Shown here in pieces: positions 8,376 through 18,546 of a stretch of 64,000 bases of DNA; position 1 is the stretch's first letter; every line of letters starts with the position of its first letter. The position numbers were made by a program, and so were the translations under genes. Source of the DNA: an uncultured Gammaproteobacteria bacterium. Its GTDB lineage: Bacteria > Patescibacteriota > Microgenomatia > Levybacterales > GWA1-39-11. The stretch spans positions 82,673 through 146,672 of the forward strand of contig CAZDED010000002.1 in NCBI GenBank assembly GCA_964504535.1. The letters run 5' to 3'. The notes beneath the pieces are model-generated. The model worked only from the letters and a program-made list of their open reading frames with translations, had not been told where the DNA came from and ran no database searches.

Positions 8376-10507
8376 AAAGAATTTTCCCAATCATAATTCT
8401 GCTTTTTATCTCTGTCTTTTTTTTCTACAAAACATTTCTTTTTTTTGAAGTCCCATTTCCCGGTGATCTTTTAGTTTCGGAGTACGCCCCGTGGAAATAC
8501 GATTCATACTTGGGATACAATCCCGGTTCTTATCCGAATAAAGCCCAGTATTTTGATGTAGCCCGTCAATTGTATCCTTGGAAAATGCTTGCGATTGATC
8601 TACTCAAGCAAGGAACAATTCCCTTATGGAATCCATACAACTTTTCTGGAAGTCCTCTTCTTGCAAATAACCAATCGGGAGTTTTCTACCCTCTAAATCT
8701 CGTTTTATTTTCGGGCTTCAAAGGCTTTTCTTGGAGTATTTATATTTTTTCTCAACCCTTTTTAGCCTCGATTTTTATGTATCATTTTGCAAAGTCACTG
8801 AAGCGCTCGATTGGGGCATGCCTAATCGCTTCTGTCTCTTTTGGATTTTCTCTTTTCATCTCCACTTTTTTGGAATATGGAAATATTGGCCACACGATTC
8901 TCTGGTTGCCTCTTATATTGTTATGTATAGAGAAATTTAAGGATAAAAAACTACTTTTTGGCCCCATCCTTTCGATTCTAATAAGTTTTGTCTTTTTTGC
9001 CGGTCATCTGCAGATAGCCGTATCACTCGTTCTTTTCTCTTGTGTTTATTTATTTGTGACCAATATAAAAAACAAAATGTTACTTTTAAAGGGATTTCTC
9101 TTTATTTTTCTTGGGATACTGCTTTCATCTGTCCAACTGATTCCGACATTAGAACTGTTATCAAATTCAGCAAGAGAAGCGCACGCGCAACACATGATAA
9201 ATGACCTATTTCTTTTGCTACCACAACAATTAATTCTGCTATTTTCGCCGGATACGTACGGGAACCCGGCTACAAGAAATTATTTACTAACTGACACATA
9301 TCCGGGTAACGCTATATATATAGGTATAATACCTCTTATTTTTGCGACCGTTGCAATTCTTGATAAGAAAAGAGATAGAACAACCAATATTTTTATTCTT
9401 TTTACTGTCGCATTTCTTGTTTTATTCATCAAGAATCCAGTTTCAACTGCAATATTCAATCTGTCTATTTTTTCAGCAAGTTCACCCTCTAATTTTTTCT
9501 ATTTGTTAGGATTTTGCATCAGTGTTCTTTGTGCAATTGGAGTAGACGCAAAAAAGGAAACTTTAAAAAAGAATGTGATAACAGTTGGAATAATTTTTCT
9601 TTTGCCTCTTTTGTTCTTTTTATTACACATACTTTTACATATCCCCGTAAATGCAAAACAATTTTCACTAAGCATGGGAATAGTTGCGATAAGTTCTTTA
9701 GCCTTTATTTTATTTAAAGTTATCAAAACCAGACATCTCTGGGTTCTTCCACTGTTAGTACTTACACTTGAGCTTTTTTACTTCTTTATTAAATTCAATC
9801 CCTTTGTTTCAAAAAATTTGATATACCCTAAAAATGATATGATCTCATACATTCAGAAAGAGGCCGGATACAATCGGTTCATTGGTTTTAGGGCAGCATC
9901 GATTGAATCCAACTTTTCAACATTATTTAAAGCATACTCTCCGGACGGATACGATCCGTTATACCCCAAAATTTACAATTCGTATACGAATTCAAAATCC
10001 CGGTCTGATGTGATAATTGATCTTGCCAACAAAAAAATTCTAGATGAGCTTAGTGTCAGATTCATCCTCGACCGGGTGGAAAATGGAGCAGATGAAAAAG
10101 TGTTTGATCCAAATGAATTTTCTATCATTTATACCAATAATTCATGGCGAGTATTTAAAAATAACGATTCCTACCCGAGAGCATATGTCAATGAAAAAGG
10201 TCAAATTACTCAAGCAAGTATCGTTTCGTATACACCTAACAAAGTAGTGATAAATAAAAATGAGGGAGCCGGAACGTTAGTTTTATCAGATACCTATTTC
10301 CCAGGGTGGGAGGGTAGTATTGACGGCGAGAAAAGCGAGATTGTAAAAGTTAACAGTATTTTTAGAGGGATAATAGTTCCTGCGGGGAAGCACACTATTA
10401 TTTTTGAATACAAACCTAAATCTTTCTATTGGGGTGCAATTGTTACTATAATAAGTAGTGCTCTGACTGTTTGTATGTTTGCTTTATTGAAAAGATATTC
10501 AAAATGA
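8372..10507 (+). CDS. YfhO-family membrane protein (family C)
   Basis: 711 aa. N-terminus YPWK…GTIPLWNPYNFSGSPLLANNQSGVFYPLNL, C-terminus YFPGWEGSIDGEKSEI…IFRGIIVPAGKHTI. ATGA overlap with the upstream gene. Confidence 0.65.
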   Translation: MKRIFPIIILLFISVFFFYKTFLFFEVPFPGDLLVSEYAPWKYDSYLGYNPGSYPNKAQYFDVARQLYPWKMLAIDLLKQGTIPLWNPYNFSGSPLLANNQSGVFYPLNLVLFSGFKGFSWSIYIFSQPFLASIFMYHFAKSLKRSIGACLIASVSFGFSLFISTFLEYGNIGHTILWLPLILLCIEKFKDKKLLFGPILSILISFVFFAGHLQIAVSLVLFSCVYLFVTNIKNKMLLLKGFLFIFLGILLSSVQLIPTLELLSNSAREAHAQHMINDLFLLLPQQLILLFSPDTYGNPATRNYLLTDTYPGNAIYIGIIPLIFATVAILDKKRDRTTNIFILFTVAFLVLFIKNPVSTAIFNLSIFSASSPSNFFYLLGFCISVLCAIGVDAKKETLKKNVITVGIIFLLPLLFFLLHILLHIPVNAKQFSLSMGIVAISSLAFILFKVIKTRHLWVLPLLVLTLELFYFFIKFNPFVSKNLIYPKNDMISYIQKEAGYNRFIGFRAASIESNFSTLFKAYSPDGYDPLYPKIYNSYTNSKSRSDVIIDLANKKILDELSVRFILDRVENGADEKVFDPNEFSIIYTNNSWRVFKNNDSYPRAYVNEKGQITQASIVSYTPNKVVINKNEGAGTLVLSDTYFPGWEGSIDGEKSEIVKVNSIFRGIIVPAGKHTIIFEYKPKSFYWGAIVTIISSALTVCMFALLKRYSK

Positions 10508-12201
10508 TAAAGATATTATCTAAATATCAGGGAGTGATGCTTGTGTTTGTTTTTATTTTGGGATTTTTATTGAGATTTAACAATTTAGACAAAATCCCAA
10601 ATGGGTTATATCAAGATGAGACTGCTATCGGATATAACGCCTATTCTATTCTTTCAACAGGAAAAGATGAATATGGTAAGTCCTATCCTGTTTATTTTAA
10701 ATCTTTCGGTGATCAAAAACTTCCGACTTATATTTATATAACTGCAATAAGCGAGAAGATATTTGGTGTCAACACTTTTGCTGTTAGATTTCCGTCTGCC
10801 TTTTTTGGATTTTTGACTGTTGTTGCTTTTTACTTCTTCGTTAAATTATTGACCAAAGACAAAGTAATTGCATTTGTTTCAACGGCTTTACTCTCAATCA
10901 ATCCTTGGAGTCTGGATTATAACCGCGCCACCTTTGAGGTCAGTATTTGCATGTTCCTTTTTGTTTTTGGAGGTTATCTGCTCCTTAAATCATTTGAGAA
11001 TAAAAAGTTTGGGTTGTTTTTGAGTGGCTCAATCCTGTTCATCGTCTGTCTGTACTCCTACAATCTGACAAGACTGCTGTCTCCATTACTGTATGGACTA
11101 ATTTTAGTTATCAACAAAAAACATCTGAGAAACGTGATGAGGGTAGAGTACATAATAACGGTTTTGGTTTCGCTTTTACTTCTTTTGCCATTCGCAACAT
11201 CAATTTTTTCAAGCGGAGGGGCATCATCTGCATCAGGAACCTTTCTCTTCTCAAGTAACGCAGTCAAAGCACCATTGTTAGAATTTCGGAGTTATTTTGT
11301 ATACCACGATTTTTTTGCAAAACTGTTTTTTAACACTTGGGTACTTTTAGGATGGCAATACGTTAACAATATTGTTTCTTATTTCTCAACGCCGTTCTTA
11401 TTTGTCACCGGATCTGCTCATGGTAATCATGGTATCGGTAATGCAGGACAACTATATTTATTTGAGTTTCCACTCGTGATTCTGGGTATTGTGATTGCTT
11501 TGAAGAATAGGCTTCACGGGACTAAATTATTAGTTGCGTGGGGGGTTATTACAGTTCTTGTAGCATCGTTGACACGGGATATACCTCAAGCGACCAGAAG
11601 CATCTTTCTTGTGGTCCCCCTTGAGATATTCTCCGGAGTAGGACTTGTATATTTTTACAAATATGCAAAAACAATCAAACCGTTCTTTCTAAAAAGTATC
11701 GTCTGGATAATTGTTATTGGAGTCTCGCTTTATTCAATTCTATTTTATTTTTCATCTTACTACATTAGATTTCCTATCTATTATGCAAAGCAATGGAGGC
11801 AGCAAGATCAGGAATTAGTAAAGTACTTAGTCTCAGAAGAGAAGAAGTATGATCATGTTATTGTTGATTCAAAATCAGGTTTTATTTATTCTTCATATTT
11901 ATTTTATTCATTGTTTTCTCCGCAGGAATTTCAAAACAGTGTAAAAAGGTTGCCGGATGACAAGGAAGGATTTAGTAAAGTTGCGAGTTTTGGAAAATTT
12001 GAATTTCGGGATGTAGATTGGCAGAATGATATAAATACTCCAAAAACTCTAATTATAACCACGAATAATTTCAGACCAAAAGAAATGCCTGTTGAAAAGT
12101 CATTTAATTATCCGGTACGCCCTGTCGTCCAATCAGTTGGAGAAGTAATCAGTATTTTTCCTGTTACAGATAACGCCTATGAAGTTGTCAAAGCTAAGTA
12201 A
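10504..12201 (+). CDS. Family A: GT-C glycosyltransferase, PMT/ArnT-like (GT39-type)
   Basis: GLYQDETAIGYNAYSIL loop motif, polytopic, ~565 aa. Start set at ATG 10504 (ATGA overlap with the upstream stop) rather than the track's 10471. Confidence 0.65.
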   Translation: MIKILSKYQGVMLVFVFILGFLLRFNNLDKIPNGLYQDETAIGYNAYSILSTGKDEYGKSYPVYFKSFGDQKLPTYIYITAISEKIFGVNTFAVRFPSAFFGFLTVVAFYFFVKLLTKDKVIAFVSTALLSINPWSLDYNRATFEVSICMFLFVFGGYLLLKSFENKKFGLFLSGSILFIVCLYSYNLTRLLSPLLYGLILVINKKHLRNVMRVEYIITVLVSLLLLLPFATSIFSSGGASSASGTFLFSSNAVKAPLLEFRSYFVYHDFFAKLFFNTWVLLGWQYVNNIVSYFSTPFLFVTGSAHGNHGIGNAGQLYLFEFPLVILGIVIALKNRLHGTKLLVAWGVITVLVASLTRDIPQATRSIFLVVPLEIFSGVGLVYFYKYAKTIKPFFLKSIVWIIVIGVSLYSILFYFSSYYIRFPIYYAKQWRQQDQELVKYLVSEEKKYDHVIVDSKSGFIYSSYLFYSLFSPQEFQNSVKRLPDDKEGFSKVASFGKFEFRDVDWQNDINTPKTLIITTNNFRPKEMPVEKSFNYPVRPVVQSVGEVISIFPVTDNAYEVVKAK

Positions 12202-13726
12202 AATAGTACTTTTCCCGATTTTAGCAGGAATTCTTTCAATTCCTTCGATATTTTCTCTCCTAAGACAAGGATTTTTCACTTCCGATGATGGTGGGTGGAT
12301 GATCATTCGATTTGCTGCTTTTTACAGTAGTTTTTCAGATGGGCAATTTCCTGTGAGATTTCTGAAAGGTCTTAATTTCGGATATGGGTATCCGGTAGCC
12401 AATTTTTTGTACCCTGGATTCATGTATATGGCAACTCCATTTCACCTGTTGGGTTTTGGAATCGTAGATAGCATAAAAATAGTAGTAATATTTAGTTTTA
12501 TTTTCTCCTCAGTCTTTACTTTTTTATGGTTAAGAACACTATTTAACAAACTTCCATCACTGATAGGCTCTGTGTTATTTGTCTATACTCCATATCATCT
12601 CTTCGATTTGTATAAGCGGGGGTCAGTTGGAGAAATTGTTTCGCTTACTTTTGTGCCACTGGTTCTTTATGGAATTGAAAAAAGAAATTTTTATGTCATT
12701 TCAATTGCTATATTTTTATTGATTATTTCCCATAATTCCATGGCATTACTATTTTTGCCTTTGATTCTTGCCTATATCTTTATCCGGTATTCTGTTGATA
12801 AGAAATTAATTTTAGGAGTAGGAACTGGTATCGCACTTTCTTCCTTTTTTATATTTCCTGCAGTGCTTGAATTAGGGTATACATATTTTAAAAAGACATC
12901 GATATCAAATCCTTCCGAATATTTTGTTGGGATAGACCTTATTGGGATCATATCTATTCTTCTTCCATTAGCATCACTTGTTGTCTATAGACTGATGAGA
13001 AAAAATAAAAAGGATTCAACTGGGATTATTTTTCTTTTTATTACCGTTTCTTTAATTGGAATATTTCTAAGTACTTCACTAAGTGAGTTTTTGTGGAAAA
13101 CACCGATTGCATCTCTTCTGCAGTTCCCATTTAGAGTACTTGCATTATTACTCGTAAGTAACGCCTTCTTGTCTGCATTCATAGTTAATTTTTTCAAAGG
13201 ATCAATAAGAATTGTTGTTTGTGTAGTTATATTATGCGTGAGTGCATATTCATGTATTAGTTTTCTAAAGCCGGAGGAATTTAATGATATTCCAGATTCG
13301 GTCTATGCAACAAATCCTGCCACAACAACGGTGAAGAATGAATACATGCCAATATGGGTAACCGAATTTCCAGAATCACAGTATGAGCATAAAGTCGAGT
13401 TATTAAATGGAGTAGGGGAGGTTGGCAATCTAATTGAGAAGTCGAATAATATCAGTTTTGATCTGAATAATAATACTGCAACTGAAATAAGACTAAACAC
13501 TGTTTATTATCCTGGGTGGAGGGCGTATGTTGATAATAATGAAGTAAAAATACAGTATATGAATCCTAAAGGGGTTATGGATATCCCTATTGCCGAAGGA
13601 CAAAAAAATATTCGATTTGTTTTTTCAGAAACTCCTGCAAGGCTGATAGCGGATTTGATATCCGGCCTTGCCGTTATTGCTTTGATGTTATACCCTTTTT
13701 GGGTACGAAATAAATTTAAGAAATGA
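12179..13726 (+). CDS. Family B GT-C-like membrane protein (HxD…YxPGW)
   Basis: 515 aa. FFTSDDGGWMIIRF…PVRFLKGLNFGYGYPVANFLYPG. C-terminus VYYPGWRAYVDNNEV. Confidence 0.55.
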   Translation: MKLSKLSKIVLFPILAGILSIPSIFSLLRQGFFTSDDGGWMIIRFAAFYSSFSDGQFPVRFLKGLNFGYGYPVANFLYPGFMYMATPFHLLGFGIVDSIKIVVIFSFIFSSVFTFLWLRTLFNKLPSLIGSVLFVYTPYHLFDLYKRGSVGEIVSLTFVPLVLYGIEKRNFYVISIAIFLLIISHNSMALLFLPLILAYIFIRYSVDKKLILGVGTGIALSSFFIFPAVLELGYTYFKKTSISNPSEYFVGIDLIGIISILLPLASLVVYRLMRKNKKDSTGIIFLFITVSLIGIFLSTSLSEFLWKTPIASLLQFPFRVLALLLVSNAFLSAFIVNFFKGSIRIVVCVVILCVSAYSCISFLKPEEFNDIPDSVYATNPATTTVKNEYMPIWVTEFPESQYEHKVELLNGVGEVGNLIEKSNNISFDLNNNTATEIRLNTVYYPGWRAYVDNNEVKIQYMNPKGVMDIPIAEGQKNIRFVFSETPARLIADLISGLAVIALMLYPFWVRNKFKK

Positions 13727-15426
13727 AAAAAATTCATAAAACTATTCTTATACTTTTCATTATTCTTTTCGGGTTAGGCACAATATTTCCATTGTTTCAT
13801 TCCGGCTTTTTTGAAGTTCATGATAATACGCAGGTCGAAAGGGTATACCAGATGGGAGTTTCACTAGCTGACAAATCATTTCCCGTCCGGTGGGTTCCTG
13901 ATCTTGGTTATGGATATGGCTATCCGATATTCAATTTTTATGCACCCCTCCCATATTATGTGGGGGGAATCCTTTTCATAAGTGGCATTGGAGCTCTTTT
14001 TGCAACAAAGATTATGTTTGGCTTGGGTATATTACTTTCAGGAATTTCTATGTATTTTCTCACAAAGAAATTTTTTGGGGTAGGACCTGGAGTGGTTGGA
14101 AGCGTAATATACATGTACTTTCCATACCACGCGGTTAATATATACGTTAGGGGAGCAGTGGGTGAATTTTTTGCTTATGCTGCTATTCCTCTCATATTTC
14201 TTGGGTTATTCCAATTCGTCGAAAATAGGAAGGCAACCTTAGTCACTTCTGAAAATTTCCGCACGGTCGTTTTGACTTCTTTTGCCATCTTTCTTGTAGC
14301 AATATCCCACAACTTAAGTATCTTTATGTTCCTCATTCTTCTAGTTCCCTTTATTGTAATCAGTTTGTTTGTTATTAGAAATAAAAGAAATTTTCTTCTG
14401 TTATCCGGCACTTCAATCGTTATCGGTTTTATGCTTAGCGCTTTCTATATTCTTCCAGCATTTATGGAAATGTCTTATACCAATGTTGGGTCTCAAGTTG
14501 GAGGAGGGGCATACGTTCCCGACCACTTTGTATGCGTGGGGCAATTTGTAGATAGTATTTGGGGATTTGGAGGATCTGTAAAAGGATGTTTGGATGGGCT
14601 CAGTTTTAGACTTGGGAAAGTAAATATTTTACTTGCTATTTTTGGTGTGGTTTTGTTGATTCACGCTTTTTACCGTAGAAAGATAGAACGGACGGATATG
14701 CTTGCTCTCGTAAGTTTTTTGCTCCTTTGTTGTTCAGTATTTTTGAGTCTTAGTCCCTCAAGATTTGTTTGGGATAGTATTCCATTCATGCAGTATATTC
14801 AATATCCATGGAGATTTTTGAATTTTATCGGACTATTCATCTCAATTATTGCCTCTTATTCTGTATTTAAGATCAGTAAAAACTCTTGGAAAAAAGGAAT
14901 CGTTCTTATGATTTTGATCATTATCCTGACGTTATTTACAAATTTAAAGTTATTCAGCCCTCAGGAATTTAATAATTATTCCGACAGTCACTACACTTCA
15001 CAAAACCATATACGCTTTGACACGTCAAAAATATCAGATGAATACTTGCCCTCTGGTTTTCAGACTCCTTATTCCGCCTACGAATTACCTAGTGCAACGG
15101 TAGAGTTGCTCAAGACAAGTGGAAATGTCGGTGTAATTGCGTATCATACCGGATACCTTAAAGCATCGTATCAGGCTTTGTCCGATGGTGTTATTCATGT
15201 TAACTATGCATACTTCCCGGGATGGCAAGCAAGTGTTAATGGGGAGAAGATGCCAATAGTCCCGACTGCTGATGGAATGAATATATCTGTTAGGAAGGGG
15301 AGTGGACAGTTAGAGCTCAAATTTGTACAGACACCCATCGAAGTTGCCGGAAATACTATTACTATTCTTGCTTTTTTAGTATTGTTACTTGGTATAATAA
15401 AAACCAGTTTGAATAGCAAGAAATAG
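13723..15426 (+). CDS. Family B GT-C-like membrane protein (HxD…YxPGW)
   Basis: 567 aa. FFEVHDNTQVERVYQ…PVRWVPDLGYGYGYPIFNFYAPLPYY. C-terminus AYFPGWQASVNGEKMPI. Confidence 0.55.
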   Translation: MKKIHKTILILFIILFGLGTIFPLFHSGFFEVHDNTQVERVYQMGVSLADKSFPVRWVPDLGYGYGYPIFNFYAPLPYYVGGILFISGIGALFATKIMFGLGILLSGISMYFLTKKFFGVGPGVVGSVIYMYFPYHAVNIYVRGAVGEFFAYAAIPLIFLGLFQFVENRKATLVTSENFRTVVLTSFAIFLVAISHNLSIFMFLILLVPFIVISLFVIRNKRNFLLLSGTSIVIGFMLSAFYILPAFMEMSYTNVGSQVGGGAYVPDHFVCVGQFVDSIWGFGGSVKGCLDGLSFRLGKVNILLAIFGVVLLIHAFYRRKIERTDMLALVSFLLLCCSVFLSLSPSRFVWDSIPFMQYIQYPWRFLNFIGLFISIIASYSVFKISKNSWKKGIVLMILIIILTLFTNLKLFSPQEFNNYSDSHYTSQNHIRFDTSKISDEYLPSGFQTPYSAYELPSATVELLKTSGNVGVIAYHTGYLKASYQALSDGVIHVNYAYFPGWQASVNGEKMPIVPTADGMNISVRKGSGQLELKFVQTPIEVAGNTITILAFLVLLLGIIKTSLNSKK

Positions 15427-15427
15427 T

Positions 15428-16141
15428 ATGAGTAAGCTGTTGCCTGAACTATCTATCTTTTTTCCCTTCTGGAACGAGGAGAAAAATGTAAAACATGTTG
15501 TTGAGAATGCGATACCTGTCGCGCGTGAAGTAGCTGAAAAATGGGAGATCATAATAGTAGATGACGGCTCATCAGACAAGACCTACGCCATAGGTCAAGA
15601 ACTGGCAAAAAAACACGAGAATGTTAAAGTAATAACCCACAATCCTAACCGCGGATATGGAGCAGCTCTTAAAGAAGGATTTGAAAACGCAAAATATGAT
15701 TATGTCGTATTTACTGATGGTGATAGACAGTTTGATTTTGGCGAGGTTAAAAAATTGATAGGTGCCCTTGATGGTGCTGATATTGTCATTGGCTTTAGAA
15801 AAAGAAGAAGAGACAGTATATCAAGACATGTTTTGATGTATCTTCTGAAGTTTTGGGATTATATTTTCTTTAGATTTTACTTCAAAGATATTGACTGTGG
15901 TTTTAAATTATTTACAAGACATGCCCTTGTAGAAATTATGCCACTTAGATCAGAAGGAGCAATGATCACTACAGAAATCCTTGCAAAGGCGACACGAAAG
16001 AAGTTAAAGATAAAGCAGGTAGAAGTTAATCACTATAAAAGAGAATACGGTGCTCAGAGTGGTGCTAATATTGCTGTTGTTATACGCGCTGTTCTGGAAA
16101 GTTTTATATTGTGGTTTGACATCCTCAATAAAAGGATTTAA
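15428..16141 (+). CDS. GT2 polyprenyl-phosphate glycosyltransferase (DPM1/GtrB-like)
   Basis: LSIFFPFWNEE, IIIVDDGSSDKT, FTDGDRQFD and DCGFKLF motifs. 237 aa. Confidence 0.8.
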   Translation: MSKLLPELSIFFPFWNEEKNVKHVVENAIPVAREVAEKWEIIIVDDGSSDKTYAIGQELAKKHENVKVITHNPNRGYGAALKEGFENAKYDYVVFTDGDRQFDFGEVKKLIGALDGADIVIGFRKRRRDSISRHVLMYLLKFWDYIFFRFYFKDIDCGFKLFTRHALVEIMPLRSEGAMITTEILAKATRKKLKIKQVEVNHYKREYGAQSGANIAVVIRAVLESFILWFDILNKRI

Positions 16142-16173
16142 AAAATATTAATGGCAGACAAGGTTAACTTTAT

Positions 16174-17628
16174 ATGGATGAATTCGAGTTGCATGCTATT
16201 GCCACAAAGTCTGTCAAAGGCGTTTTCGCGTTAGTATCACGATCTTTCCTGCTGCAGCTTCTTGGTGTTGCAACAAGTTTTATTCTGACGTTATATCTAG
16301 ATCCAGCAAGCTTTGGCGTATTTTTTGTAGTTTCCTCAATAATTGTCTTTTTTAATTATTTTCAGGACATTGGTCTTGCTGCGTCTTTAATTCAAAAAAA
16401 AGATGAACCAACGATACGTGAACTACGTACGGTATTTTTTATTCAAGAATTACTCGTATTGGCTCTTATTATTCCCGCCATACTGTTCTCAAACTCAATT
16501 GTACATTTCTACAAACTTAATGGTGATGGATACATACTCTATATCTCTTTACTGATTTCATTCTTCCTAACGTCCCTTCGAACAATCCCTACAGTTATTA
16601 TGGAGAGAAAGCTTGACTATACAAAGCTGGTAGTGCCTCAAATTTTAGAAAATCTCACTTACAATGTTTGTCTGATTGTATTTGCTATCGCCGGGTTTAA
16701 GGTGCAGAGCTTTACGATAGCAATTTTAGCCAGAAGTGCGGTTGGTCTTATAGCAACATATGTTGTTTCTCCATGGCCAATCGGGCTTGCATTTGATAGG
16801 CAGAGTCTCAGAAAACTCATCTCATTTGGGATACCATTCCAAACGAACAGTATCCTGGCTTTATTTAAGGATGATTTCAGAACAATTTATCTAGGGAAGG
16901 TTTTACCGATTTCACAACTTGGATATATTGGTTTTGCAGAAAAAATGGCCAACCTTCCCCTGCGGCTTGTCATGGACAACGTTATAAAAGTAACATTTCC
17001 TTCATTTAGTAGGCTTCAGGAGGACAAAGAAGCCTTGAAGTTGGCAATAGAAAAATCTCTTTTTCTTATTTCACTTGCGATATTTCCAATAGCTGTTGGA
17101 ATCATCAGCTACTCTCCATACCTCATGCAGTTCATACCTAAATATCAAAAATGGGAGCCTGCAGTGATATCCATAATGTTTTTCTCGCTTGGGACTGTTC
17201 TTTCCTCGATATCAACTCCACTGACAAATTTTCTCAATGCTATAGGTAAGGTCAAAATAACTCTTTATTTTATGGTTTTTTGGACAATAGCAATTTGGTT
17301 CTTAACGATACCATTGATTCATATGTACGGCTACAACGGAGTTGCAATAGCCTCTTTCCTTGTGTCCTTAACATCTGTGGGAGTATTTTATGTAGCAAAG
17401 AAGCATGTAAAATTTAAGATATTCGGATCCATATATAAGCAGTTCATTGCTGCAGTTGTTATGTACATCTTCGCTTTGGCAACAAGCAGCATGATTAGTT
17501 CACTGGTTATCATGCTTTTGTTCTCAGTTATCTCACTGGTAGTTTATTTTGCTGTAATAATGCTTATTGCCCGGAAAGAATTTCTCAAAACTGCCCGCTT
17601 CGTTTTAAGTTCTGTGAGAAAACATTAA
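16174..17628 (+). CDS. Wzx-type oligosaccharide flippase (MOP superfamily, polysaccharide biosynthesis protein)
   Basis: 484 aa, ~12-14 TM helices. N-terminal VKGVFALVSRSFLLQLLGVATSFIL…YLDPASFGVFFVV is typical of the Polysacc_synt family. Confidence 0.7.
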   Translation: MDEFELHAIATKSVKGVFALVSRSFLLQLLGVATSFILTLYLDPASFGVFFVVSSIIVFFNYFQDIGLAASLIQKKDEPTIRELRTVFFIQELLVLALIIPAILFSNSIVHFYKLNGDGYILYISLLISFFLTSLRTIPTVIMERKLDYTKLVVPQILENLTYNVCLIVFAIAGFKVQSFTIAILARSAVGLIATYVVSPWPIGLAFDRQSLRKLISFGIPFQTNSILALFKDDFRTIYLGKVLPISQLGYIGFAEKMANLPLRLVMDNVIKVTFPSFSRLQEDKEALKLAIEKSLFLISLAIFPIAVGIISYSPYLMQFIPKYQKWEPAVISIMFFSLGTVLSSISTPLTNFLNAIGKVKITLYFMVFWTIAIWFLTIPLIHMYGYNGVAIASFLVSLTSVGVFYVAKKHVKFKIFGSIYKQFIAAVVMYIFALATSSMISSLVIMLLFSVISLVVYFAVIMLIARKEFLKTARFVLSSVRKH

Positions 17629-17646
17629 ATCTGATAAACTACAAAT

Positions 17647-18546
17647 ATGAAGGTAAGTGTGGTGATTTCCGCCTACAATGAAGAGGAAAAGATTGAAAAA
17701 TGTCTTTCCTCTGTGAAAGATATAGCCGATGAAATAATTTTTGTTGATAACTCTTCAACTGATGGAACGGTACGAATTGCTAGAAAATATACTGATAAGG
17801 TTTTTTCGCGCGAAAATAACCCGATGCTCAACGTGAATAAGAATTTCGGTTTTACAAAAGCAACAAAGAATTGGATACTCAGTCTAGATGCAGATGAGCG
17901 GGTAACTCCAGAACTCGCTTCAGAAATCATGCAGTTGTCTGAATCAGAAGATGTAAGAGGTTACTTTATTCCAAGGAAAAACATAATTTTTGGTAAGTGG
18001 ATTCGTCATACCGGCTGGTACCCCGATTATCAACTACGGCTTTTCAGGGCAGACAGTGGAAGGTTTGCGGAAAAACAGGTGCACGAGATGATTTCTCTTG
18101 TTGGTGCTTCAGAGCATCTTGAAAGTCCGATGGAGCATTTGAATTATGAGAATATTACACAGTTTTTAAATAAAATGGTTAAAACCTATACAGTTTCTGA
18201 AGCAGAGAATTTAATAAGTCAGGGATACAAATACAACTCTCTTGATCTTGTTAAGATGCCCCTTTCAGAATTTTTGAAGCGTTATTTTGCGGAAAGTGGA
18301 TATAAGGATGGGATGCATGGATTAGTCCTTTCTCTTCTTCAAGGATTTTATCATTTCGTAGTTTTTCTAAGACTTTGGGAAGCTAATAATTATCCAGATG
18401 AGAAGGATGGCCAAGCATTGCTTTTGGAAGGCAAGAAGATGGTATCTCATGAATTCAAGTATTGGGTTACCCATACTAAGATAGAAAACGAAGCAAACGT
18501 TTTGAAAAAAAATCTGTTAAAAGTAAAAAGAAAAATCCTTCTCTGA
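17647..18546 (+). CDS. GT2 glycosyltransferase (KdtX/WaaE-like subfamily; paralogue of 23392 and 44885)
   Basis: VVISAYNEEEKI…IIFVDNSSTDGT…SLDADERV. Confidence 0.7.
   Translation: MKVSVVISAYNEEEKIEKCLSSVKDIADEIIFVDNSSTDGTVRIARKYTDKVFSRENNPMLNVNKNFGFTKATKNWILSLDADERVTPELASEIMQLSESEDVRGYFIPRKNIIFGKWIRHTGWYPDYQLRLFRADSGRFAEKQVHEMISLVGASEHLESPMEHLNYENITQFLNKMVKTYTVSEAENLISQGYKYNSLDLVKMPLSEFLKRYFAESGYKDGMHGLVLSLLQGFYHFVVFLRLWEANNYPDEKDGQALLLEGKKMVSHEFKYWVTHTKIENEANVLKKNLLKVKRKILL

Noticed and set aside
8731-10247. Short ORFs (60-85 aa) nested within YfhO and GT39 genes on either strand (e.g. 8731..8940, 8782..8967, 9499..9726, 10044..10247)
   Set aside because: All lie inside long, motif-supported CDSs and have biased low-complexity translations typical of AT-rich alternative frames.
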